The notes beneath the pieces were generated by a model. That model searched no databases and was not told the origin of the DNA. It saw nothing but the letters and a program-made list of their open reading frames with translations. Both the position numbers and the translations under genes were made by a program. Below are positions 15,901-26,561 of a stretch of DNA of 64,000 bases, one piece after another; the stretch's first letter is position 1, and every line of letters starts with the position of its first letter. Source of the DNA: Microbotryum violaceum (taxonomy: Eukaryota); assembly GCA_001244265.2 (NCBI GenBank), contig LN717261.1, positions 1,627,591 to 1,691,590 of the forward strand, read 5' to 3'.

Positions 15901-17436
15901 CGTGGGTGGAGGTGAGCGAAGCGTCCGTGCAAGACCGACATGGGAACGGCCACAAGCGCACGCAGGAACGCACCCACTTGATGAACGAGAGCAGCGACGT
16001 CGACGAGCGAGGCCTGCATGTGGTAAAGTCCGTTCTTGAGCTCGCCAGTGTGACACACCATGTCGGCGATGGAGACCATTGCCTTGGCCCGAGTCAGACG
16101 GATGTCGTAACCCCCGATGTCGGCACGACTGGCGGAGAACAGGTTGACCGGAGCGGTGGGCACGAACAAGGCGTCGTTGAGTTGGCGGATGCTGCCGTCG
16201 AAGGAACGAACGATTGCGGAGCCGACGCCTTCGATGGAGTTGACAACTTCACCAGTGATGCCTTTGCGCGGAGCTGGCTTGCACTTGCGGAAGGACGTGA
16301 AACATGCGTGATCGTTGACGATATGGTGCGTCGCCCCGCTGTCCAGGATGATGGAGGGCCTGGCCAAGGTGGACATCGTGGCTGTGAGGTAGCCAAGCAC
16401 AGGACCGTCAACCAGCGTCGAGATATCAGGCGCAGTGACGAGCAAGGCGGAAGGCGCTGAAGGAGCCTTCGTCTTCTTCCCCTTGGACCCAGCCTTGTTG
16501 TCCGGGCACTTGCGATTCCAGTGCGGACCTCCGCAGTGGTGGCACGGTAGACTTGTCCGCTGTCGCAATCGGGCTTGCCACCATGGCGACGGGTTTGGGA
16601 GCTGGCGTCTGATCCGCCTGCGTGTGGAGCGACTGGAGGACCTCCGTCGGGCTCGGTAGCCTATCCAATCCTTGCCGAAGTGTTTGCGTGTAGTATTCAC
16701 GGTACAGATTCTTGCCAAAGTGGACAAGGCGGAACGACACAATCTGCTCGAAAGTAAGCTCGTGTCCCGAGAGCGTGTTAAATAGTTCAATGGTTGTTGC
16801 TTGGTACTTTGCGAAGGCGTCCATGCCGGTGGGAGGGGGTCCCACGTCGAGCAACATTTGGAGACGGATGAGAATGTCAGCCACCATGCCGGTACTGGCC
16901 GCCTTCTTGATCATCTGTAAGACTTCCGCAGGAGTGTGGTCGTAACCATCCTTTATGTGTTCTCGGATGTCCGGTGAAACAGAACGCATCAGCAGCGCGA
17001 CCGCTTGGAAATTGGCGTGATCGAGATCCGTGCGCGTGTTGGGTGATTGGACGGGTGTCGCGAGGGTGCAGTTCCAATAGTTGCCGCCAAGGGCGCCTCG
17101 CACGTCGTCGATCCATTGCGACCAGCCCCCAGCGTTTCGCAGATGGCATGATAGGTCAACATCGCGTGGTTTGACGAGGACAATAGGGGTTGTTCCCCCT
17201 GTGACCATGAGAGGAGTGCTCATGTCTTGATGACTCGAATTGGCTGGCCGCTCGGTTGGGCTTGTAACCTATTGAAACTGAACAGCGATGTGCTGAACGA
17301 TTTGGCGGCAGGGACGAGCCAATGAGTTCGTAATCAAGTGAAGAAGAGGAGACAAAGACGCGAATCGCGCGCGCGACTGATATAAAGTGGAGACGTGCAT
17401 AGTGCGGATTTAAGGCAAGAGTAATTTACTTCAACA
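12907..17436 (-). mobile_element. Copia-1: full-length Ty1/Copia LTR retrotransposon (degenerate) inserted in the Gypsy-A 3' LTR
   Basis: TSD ATTGC at 12902-12906 and 17437-17441. LTRs 12907-13151 and 17270-17436 (TGTTG..CAATA). gag ATG 17223, CHHCGGPHWNRKC knuckle, ILDSGAT protease, integrase (VRSDNGG, QQNGVAERAN), RT (IYGLKQAG, YVDN), RNase H (YSDSDW). PPT GAGCAAGGGGGGG. Confidence 0.96.
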
Positions 17437-18264
17437 ATTGCCTTCCATTGTACCTCGGGCAAAGGCCTCAGGCCTTGCACCCTCCCCTCCATCCTCTTCT
17501 TCAACTCCCAATGCCAAAGCGCCTCTGTCCCCACCAAGTTTTCACGCGCTTCCATGGTGGCTTCGTGCTGCGGATAGCCCTCCCACCAAACACGATAGCG
17601 TTTCCCCCCCCCCCCCCCCCCCCTTGTTGTCTCCTCCAATATCTCTTGCACAACCCATTCTTCATGTCCATCGACTATAACTGGTTTGGGTCTGGCGGGT
17701 TCTCGATTCGGAAGAGGTTGGGGTCGTTGGCTCGGTAAGGACGGAGCTTGCTTACATGAAACGTAGGATGTGATTGGTCACCTTCGCTAAGCTGCAGTGT
17801 GTAGTTGGAGGTGGCAACATTTGCGGCAATAACCTTGTAGGGTCCCTCAAAGCGATCGAAGAGCTTGGCCGACTTGCGGTGTCCCGTTTTAAATCGAAGA
17901 CGACGGTCACGGGTGTCCACCATGACGAAATCGCCCACCGCAATGTCCGGTTCTGGCCGTCGATGTCGGTTGACCTGCTCCGCTTGCCGCACCTTGGCTG
18001 CAGCCAATGCATCCCGGACCTCCGCCAACACCGCCTTCCGCTCGGCAATCAGGTCCTTTGCTGCAGGCACATCGGGCAAGTCAGGTCGATTGAGAGACGT
18101 TGGCAATAGGCTGAGTGAACGACCTAGGACCACCTCAAACAACGATTTGTTCGTTGAGGCATTGACGCTTGCGTTGATCACAAACTCAATGTTGACCAGA
18201 TGTCGGACCCAATTGTTCTGCCGCTTGTTGACCACGGCTCGCAAGGCTTGAATGGCGGTCTTGT

Positions 18265-18384
18265 TGGTCCGTTCGCTACGGCCGTCGGTTTCCGGGTGGA
18301 ACGATGTAGACATGGCGAGTCGAGTGGTCCGTTCGCTACGGCCGTCGGTTTCCGGGTGGAACGATGTAGACATGGCGAGTCGAG
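18265..18384. repeat. Perfect 60-bp tandem duplication inside the Gypsy-A integrase
   Basis: [20 protein letters not shown] is encoded twice in frame. Confidence 0.95.
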
Positions 18385-21300
18385 TGCCCATCAGATTGTG
18401 ATACGCGCGCCAGAAATGCGATGTAAATAGCTTATCCCGATCGGACACTATCCTTGTTGGCGGTCCGAAGAAGCGGTGCCATCCCTCATGAAAACGTTCG
18501 GCTATGTCCTTGGCGGTGTCCGCGGCCAGGCTAGGTATCAAGCGCGTGTAGCCCGATAAACAATTGGTGATCGTGAGGAGCATGTCGAACCCCTGGCTCT
18601 TGGGCAGGGGGCCCACAAAATCGAGAGCCACCTCCTGCATCAGCCCATCCGGCACAGCCAACGCATGCAATACCCCCAACGCACCCGTGCTTGTTGCTTT
18701 GGTACGTTGACATACATGACACCTGATGGAAGGTCTTGCGCCAGCGCGTCGTGAGCGTCGTGTAAGATGACCTCCCGAAGCTGTGGCACCACAGGTACAA
18801 CCATCCTACCCTCGAAATACAGCACCCCATCCACACAAGAGAACCCTGGCGACGAGTCGAGATTGCGCTTGACCTGCTGGCAAAAGGGATCAGAGTCATA
18901 GCCCTCCACAAGGCGGCCCCGCAGCTGTGTGTCGACGTCCATCTCCGAAACCGCCTGTACGGAATCAGGCTCCCCCTGCGGGAAAGAGTACCGGCTCACC
19001 GCGTCTGCCACGGTGTTCTCGCCTCCCGGAATGTAGGTGATGTCGAAATCGTAGTCGGCTAGACGTTCGACCCAGCGGGCCTGACGCTTTGATAGATTTT
19101 CCTGCGTCTTGAGGTACTTCAGCGATTCGTGGTCAGAAAGGACATGGAAGTGGACACCCATCAAGTTGACTCGCCACTGACGCAGGGCGTCCACGACCGC
19201 CAAAAGCTCCTGTTCATGGGTCGGGTAGTTGACCTCCGCACTGATGTACTGACGAGACCAATACGCCACCGGGTGTGCCTTGCGCCAATCCTGCCCCTGA
19301 AGCAACACGGCGCCTATCCCAACGTTACTTGCGTCCGTCATAACCCAGAGGGGATCAGCGGAATCCGTGTGGTCGATTGGCTTGAGACATGGCAGCAAGG
19401 TGACGATGGCCTTTATGGCGTTGAAGTGTCGCTCTTGCTTGGCACCCCACATGAGTCGGACATTGGCGTTCTTTGACGTTAAATCCGCCAGAGGTTTGGT
19501 ATGTTGGGCCAGACCATTGATGAACTTGCGCAAGTATTGAACGAGGCCTAGAAACCCCCAAAGCTCTGTGACAGTCCGCGGACGCGGCCACCCCACGATT
19601 CGCTCCACCTTCGACTGATCTGCTGCAATCCTGTTTCGCGAAATGACATGCCCCAAAAAGTCGCAAGACGTTCGAAAAAGTTCGGTCTTCTTTGGCAAAC
19701 AATACAGATTGGTCCGCCACGGCGCCTCGAGTACCTCCTTGACGTGGGTTTGATGATCCTCCATGGTATCCGAGAAGATAGTGATGTCGTCAAGGTAGGT
19801 GAAGCAGCTCTTGCCAATGAGACTAGACAGGGCCTTGTTGACCCGGCGTTGATGCGTCGCCGGCGCGTTCAACAGGCCCATCGGCATGACGACCCACTCG
19901 AAGAGCCCCCAGGGGGTTGCCACCGCGGTCTTTGGTATGTCCTCCTCGGCCATCTTCGTCTGGAAAAAGCTGTTCGTCATATTGATCTTGGACCAGAAGC
20001 GCGCCCGAGCTGCGACGGCCAAAATCTCGTCCGGCAGGGGAAGCGGTGTGCGATCTGGTACCGTCGCTGCATTGAGGATCCGATAGTCGTTGACCCAATG
20101 CGGCATAATCGACGGGTCGGTGTCCATACCCTTCTTGGGAATGATGAAGGCCGGCGAGGAGTATTCCGACGATGATGGGCGAAGACGACCGGCCGCGAGA
20201 TGTTCATCCAGTAAGCGTTGCCACACCGCACGCCAGCGCATCGGAGTGCCGTAGGTTGGTTGCTGCGGAGTCTTCATACCAGGTTTCAGCGCGATACGAT
20301 CGCGGACCTTTGACTCGTACTGTGAGACCGGCGGGATGTCTGCCGGAAATCGGTCCGAGAACTCCTTGCGAAATGCGACTTCAAGTGCTCGCAATTGCGA
20401 CTCTTCCGCTTGCCGCTCTTCAAGATGAGCGAGACAGGCCCGAATGCTCGCCTGAACCGCACTCTCTGACCATTTCCCCTTTTCCCCCCGGTGCATCAGA
20501 TCGATACGCTTGCCGGGTAGGGTTGGATCGGGGGCCAGCACTCGACGCCTTTTGCAGTCGACCAGGATATTGTGTCGCTTTAAGAACGGTTGCCCCAACA
20601 CCACTTTCAACGGCGTCAATGGCGCAATCTTCAGAACGACGTCACGGTGCTGGGTAGACCATTGGCCGTTCAGGGTACAAAGTGGCACACACACAAATTC
20701 AGTGCCGGGATGCGAGACCCTGTGACTTTGGATTGCAACACTAACAGATGTGGGTACCTGAAGCTTCCTCTGTGTCAACCGTAGTTTCTCCACTTCCCTA
20801 TCTGCGATGAAGGAAGCGGAAGCACCCGTGTCAACTAGAGCTCGCAAGGCAGGTCCATCCTCTGTTGTGAGCTTCACAGAAAGGGAAATGGGTTCACACC
20901 TCTCGTCATCCGTGCCATTGTCGTATTCGTCATCGCACAGGCAGTGTAGCTCTTCACCCTTGTCGTCAATTTCGTCTACGGCGTCGGATAGGGATGCAAC
21001 TTGTTCTGGGGATACGGGACCTTGTCGCCAACCCGCTGGGACTTTACAAGCCGAAGTTGCCCAGGTAGTGCACGTGTCCTTGAAGTGGCCAGCATTGATC
21101 TTGCGACATTTGAAGCAGCCCTGATTGCTCCTGAGGAAAGCACGCCTACGGTCGGTCATCGGCGGCGCTCTGGTTTGGGAAGACAACGGCGGCAGCGTAG
21201 ATGGCGAGGCGGTAGTGCGCAGCGTAGGCGTGGAGCGGACGGTTCTCGCTGAGGCTTGAGCTGTCGCCTTCACGGAGGCGCGGGTGGCACTGATGACTTG

Positions 21301-22116
21301 CCAGAGTCGCCTAGCTTCTGCGTCGAACATCTGGTAATCGAAGACTGCGGAGCTGGTGGTCGAGTCGGCTTTGACTATGGAGGCGTCGAGTTCGTTGGGC
21401 GACAATCCCGTCCCCTTGATCACCTCCGAGAGTCGGAGTCGCTGGGAGAGCTCCTCGTCCATGTGGAGCAGGAGCATGCGGACCAGTTGGGTGTCGCTGA
21501 CAAGACTGACACCCAGTTCCAGTTGCAGATCGCAAGCAGCCGTTGAAAATTCTCGGTAATCACCCGTCTGTCACAAGTTGTTGAGGTGTTGATAGTGTTG
21601 CCACATGTAATCGGACGGCAATGCGCGAAGTGTCAAATCGCGTTGGAATACACCGTACTTCTTGTTGACATGTGACGCGGCATCACTGGAATACCACACC
21701 TTCAGCTCTGGGTCGAGGAGCAGCTGGCCGATTATATCGATCTTGTCAACATCTGTCTTGACCTTCTCTTTTTTGAAGTATTGATCGTTGCGAGACCAGA
21801 AGAATCGAAGTCCCAATAAAGTGCGGTCGGTGCGGCAAAGGTAAGACGGGGCGTGCAATTTCCAGTGAGGGGGTGCGTCCTTGTGCGGTTCGCTCATCCT
21901 GCATGCGGCAGGACAGCGGCGGTCGTTGTCTGAGTCGGAGTCGGTCACGGTAACGGCGGAGGCGGGGTCGGAGGCTCCCGAGTGGATGCTCTCCGAGTCG
22001 CTTAGCGGCAGAGGTATGAGCAGTGGATCGGGTATGGCAAAGGCTCTAGCCAACCTGGCAGCGGCGCGAGTGACGGTGGGAATGCTGACGTGTCTTGATC
22101 ATTGTCAAAAAAAAAT

Positions 22117-22302
22117 TGGAAGCACCGCGTACAGCGGTGCTCCAGAACAATAGACAGGATCAAACAATAGTAATTCACTAGAACCTCGGGTTAGTGAGCT
22201 GGCAAAAGCCAAGGGAGGTTCTAGGCGTGCGCAAGCTATTCAACTAAGCCAAAAGTTCTATTGCCTTCCATTGTACCTCGGGCAAAGGCCTCAGGCCTTG
22301 CA
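22117..22302 (-). repeat. 5' LTR of Gypsy-A; the 3' LTR is split into 12759-12906 and 17442-17479
   Basis: Direct repeat of the split copy with ~5 transitions; contains the empty ATTGC site at 22260-22264. Confidence 0.95.
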
Positions 22303-25300
22303 TAGGGACCATCGAAGCGGTCCATGAGCTTGGCTGCACGGCGCTTGTGGGTGTGGAGCCGCTTTCAGCAATCACTCAAGTCGAGAAGTACAAGATCCCC
22401 AACAGCCCAAGAGAGTTCATCCCGACACTTCTTGTTGGACTGTGCTGCCTGCTGAACCTTGGAAATGGCAAGCTGGTCCCGGGCATCTTCGCAGGCTTGG
22501 AATCGAAGGGCAAGCAACTCCTCAACGGACGGCAAGTTGTCATAACCGTCGACACGGGCAAGTGGGGCAAGGGAGGGTGTGTAGCCAAGCACAAGCTCGA
22601 AGGGGGTTTTCCTGGTAGCGACATTGAGAGACGAGTTGATGGCATACTCACAGACAGCAAGGCACTCCGCCCAGTTGGATTGCTCCTTGTTGACGAGCGC
22701 TCGAAGAATTTGGAAGGCAGTCTTGTTTGTTTTCTTGCTGCAACCGTCCGTCTCCGGGTGAAACGCCAAAGAGAGCTGGAGCTTGACGTTCAGGCGCTTG
22801 TGTAGGGCAGTCCAGAACTTGCTTGTAAACAGCTTGTCCCGGTCCGAGACAATGCTTTGAGGAAGGCCAAAGAGGCGGTGCCATCCTTCATGGAAGCGCG
22901 CAGCAACCTCCACTGCAGTGTCAGGTTCGTGTGCAGGGAGCAAACGGACGTACCCCAACAGGCGGTCGGTGATTGTTAACACACGGTCAAAGCCTCTGTT
23001 GGCAGGCAGCAGTCTGACAAAATCAATGGCAATGTCGGCTATGGGTCGTGCCGGGACAGGTAGCGAGTGGAGTTTGCCAGCAATGCGAGTGGTATGAGCT
23101 TTCATCCGTTGACAAGAATCACATTGTTGGACGTAGTCTTTGACATCCCAGGACATGTTTGGCCAGAAGTATGCCTGCTGAACAGTCCGGTACGTTTTCA
23201 TATCACCTAGGTGCCCCTGCGCATCATGAGCATTGTGAAGGATGGACTCACGGAGCGGGGCTAGTGATGGAATGATAAGCTGGCCCCGTAAATACAGCAA
23301 TGCATCAACAATCTTGAAGTCCAATGTGACCAAGCCAATGTTAGTCATGGCTTGCTGGCAGTATGGTTTGGTCTTGTACGCGTCAAGGATATGCTGCTTG
23401 ACAGCATCCGAAAGCTTGACATGGGAGACAGAGGCCACTAGGGTGGGCAGTGGAACGGTGAAGGAGTATCGACTCATGGCATCGGCTACGATGTTGTCCT
23501 TGCCGGGCAGGTACCAAAGGTCATAATCACATTTGGCCAGGGTGTCCAGCCAACGGGCTTGTTGGCAAGAGAGAATGGTGCACTGGGTCTGGAAGTGCTC
23601 GAGTGTGGAGTGATCAGTGAGGATGTGGAAATGACCACCAAGCAAGTCAATGCGCCATTCCTTGAGTGCTTTGACAATGGCAAGGAGTTCCTGCTCGTGA
23701 GTGGGGTAGTTGCGTTCAGTGGGTATGTATTGCCTGGACCAGTACACAATGGGGCAAGCCATCTTCCACTCCTGACCCTGGAGGAGGACACCACCCATTC
23801 CGTGATTGCTTGCATCAGTCATCACCCAGAACGGAGCGGCGTCGGCGGAGTGGTTGGGCGGCCGAAGGCAGTCAAGTGAGGTGACGATGGCCTTGATGGG
23901 TGGCGGACCTCGTTGGGTGTCCAGAGCGTGGCAATAGATGAGAGTCCTTGGCGTGTCAAGGGAGTCAGCGCGGCGGTGTGCTCAGCAAGGCCAGGGATGA
24001 ACTTGCAAAGATACGGCACTAGCCCGAGGAAACCCCTGAGTTCCTTGACCGTCTTGGGTAGGGCCCAGTCTTCAATGCACTGGATCTTCTTGGGATCAGC
24101 ATGCACACTGGCACGGTTGATGATGTGGCCAAGGAACAAGCACTCTGCGGTGGCAAGGTTGGTTTTGGTTGGAGAGCAGTAGAGTTTGGCACAGCGCAGC
24201 GCTTCCATGACTTGGCAAACACGGGCCTTGTGCTCCTCCAGTGTGTCCGCAAAGATAGTGATGTCGTCGAGGTAGACAAAGCAGATGGTGCCAAGCAAGC
24301 CTTGGAGTGCCTTGTTGACACATTGTTGGTGGGTGGCAGGGCATTGCAGAGGCCCATGGGCATGATGGTCCACTCATACAAACCCCAAGGTGTGGACACA
24401 GCTGTCTTAGGGATGTCCTCTTCCGCCATCTTGGTCTGAAAGAAGGAGTTGGTCATGTCGATCTTGGCCCAGAATTGCGCATTGGAGCACGTCAAGAGAA
24501 TGTCATCAGGCAAGGGCAGAGGCATGCGGTCTTTGATGGTGTGCTTGTTGAGCTTGCGGTAGTCATTCACCCAGCACGGTGCGATTGTGGGATCCACGTC
24601 GCAGCCCTTCTTTGGGATGATGAACAAGGGTGATGAGTATGACAACCAAGAGGGGCGGAGGCGACCGGCCGCAAGATGTTCCTGTAGCAGTAAGTGCCAT
24701 GCCTTGCGATACTTCTTTGGGAGGGGGTATCTCCAAAAGTTGACAACAGTGGCCAGATTGTCAAGCTCATTGCGGTGTTGCACCGGGGATTGGTACGAGT
24801 GTAAAGGCGGGATATCCGTGGGAAAACGGTCGGCAAACTCCGCTCGGAGGCAATGGTCAAGCGTGGCAAGGCAGAGCCGTTCCTTGGTGTCAACAACCGG
24901 AGCAATTGCGGCAACCCGCGCGGTAACGCACAGCTGGGACAACAGCGCCAGCAGGTTGATAGAGTGTATGGGGTTGGCTTTGCAGGTGAGGTGTGGCTGA
25001 GGGAAAAGGCTGAGCTCCATCTTGTGCCAATAGATGAAGTTGCCTCCCAGGATAATCACGAGGTCCTTCCCAAGGGGCGCTACCTTGGCGTACGTTGGTC
25101 CTGCGGTCCAGAGCCCGTTGGCCAGCTCAAGCGGGACTCGAACAAAATGCGTGCAGGTGAAGACAGTGGGCCCTTGGTTTTGCATTGCAAGGGTGTACTT
25201 TGAGTGCGGTTCCAGGGCGCGCCTTTCCAAACCCAATCGCTGAACAAGCTCCTCACTGACAAACATTTGTAGTGATCCCGAATTGACTAGGGCGGAGGCA

Positions 25301-25327
25301 AGGAGAGGGCCATGAGCGCCAAGTAGG

Positions 25328-25793
25328 TGTAATACCCCAGGCCCTTCACGACTAGGTTACACAGTCCAAAAGACTGACAATTTCAATAGATGCATATTGA
25401 AATCAGAAGGGTAGTTAAATAGCGTAAGGCAACCGAGCCTTACACCCGCCACCACCAGACTTAGAGATACTCTAAGCATGATTAGACGAATCTCTAATGG
25501 CCCCACCGTTCATTCATTCATTCGTCACGGCCATTAGAGATCAAATAACTAGGTCGGCCCAAGGGCTAAACCTTGCGCCGGTCCTGCTCGGGCTTTTCTC
25601 CGCGGCGGGCGAAAATAGCATCCTTCAAAAATGCCCCACCGGGATCCGAACTGCCGACCTTTATCTATTGAAATAGTGTAATACCCCAGGCCCTTCACGA
25701 CTAGGTTACACAGTCCAAAAGACTGACAATTTCAATAGATGCATATTGAAATCAGAAGGGTAGATAAATAGCGTAAGGCAACCGAGTCTTATC
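25328..25793 (-). mobile_element. Non-autonomous miniature LTR element (TRIM-like), 466 bp
   Basis: 117-bp direct repeats at 25328-25444 and 25677-25793 (TGTAA..TTACA; last 2 nt of the right copy altered). 232-bp non-coding core; G-rich PPT-like GGTGGTGGCGGG next to the 3' LTR. No TSD visible. Confidence 0.85.
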
Positions 25794-26477
25794 CCCCCGG
25801 ATGGATCGGCAAGCCAGGTCGATTGTCTTTGCGTTCCGTGTGTTGGATTCCGTTGAATGGTTCATTCGTTCGCGTTGGTCAAGATCTACGGCATGGCTCG
25901 GGAAGGAAGGTCGCTCGTTTCTGGTCAATATCCTCGCGTCAAGGCGAGGCTCGTTTCGTTGTACTGGATCGCTTTTCTCTCGGCCCCGACGGCTCAACAG
26001 CCAGCACTCGAGATTCAGCCAAGGGAGGACATCAGGCGCTGTCGGGGTGACGAGTAGCTGGGGCTTGGCTGCGGCCTGTTAGTCCCTGGGGACCTCTACC
26101 TCCGGCTTCGACCCCTACCTTGGCCCCTCGGGTGTGTTCCCCTCCTCTCTGTCTTAGTATTCCTGGTTCTCCGTATCCCCAGTCGTGACTTTCTGTAGAC
26201 TCTCCCCCTTCTTTCTCTAGGCGCTCTTGCCTGGTTTTCGAGTATCTTTGCTCCCGCTCTTGGGATGTGAAGCGGCAGCAGTACTCACCGCCCGTTGGAG
26301 TCCGCGTTAGGTGCTCGGCGAGTTTTGATCTGCGCAGCGCTCTTTGCGCGCAGGGGTTTGACTTTCACCCAACTGCTTGCCGTCGTTGCTTTATAACCTC
26401 CTTTAGCTCTTTTTGTAGCGGTCCCAGCCAACCCGAAGGATTGCAATTTATGAGCCCCAGTCAAAACAAAAAAAAAA
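25794..26477 (+). mobile_element. Diverged LINE 3' UTR fragment ending in poly(A)
   Basis: Shares motifs with the LINE-A 3' UTR (CAAGGGAGG..ATCAG) and with the 33720-33784 terminus (CTTTAG..GTAG..TTGCAA..ATGAG..A-run). Confidence 0.55.
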
Positions 26478-26561
26478 CCCCCCTTACTTCACTTCACTTC
26501 ACTTCGAAATCGCCCTACCGCAGTCTTTGATACTCGAGTTAACAAGTGATACACCGACAAG

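Larger units (their letters stand above)
12759..22302 (-). mobile_element. Gypsy-A: near full-length chromovirus Ty3/Gypsy LTR retrotransposon, degenerate, interrupted by Copia-1
   Basis: TSD TAGGG at 12754-12758 and 22303-22307. 186-bp LTRs TGCAAGG..CTTCCA. gag 22053-21571, CFKC..H..C knuckle, LVDTGAS protease, YLDD RT, TDAS RNase H, integrase, chromodomain ([14 protein letters not shown]), PPT at ~17480-17500. Confidence 0.95.
12148..25327 (-). mobile_element. Gypsy-B: old, heavily mutated chromovirus Ty3/Gypsy LTR retrotransposon. Own sequence is 12148-12758 plus 22308-25327; gag and 5' LTR are missing.
   Basis: Protease LVNSGS (~25280), RT (WVNDYRKLN, YLDD), RNase H (MTDAS), integrase ([22 protein letters not shown]), chromodomain (EYIIEDIVDE..YLISWVSWPSDSDSWEP). 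Frame DRFDGP|YCIVK is rejoined when Gypsy-A is removed. Confidence 0.9.

Noticed and set aside
25628-25662. tRNA-like segment (AGGTCGGCAGTTCGGATCCCGGTGGGGCA-TTTTT on the minus strand) inside the TRIM
   Set aside because: B-box-like motif and T-run are present, but the T-stem does not pair and no 5' half or cloverleaf can be built.
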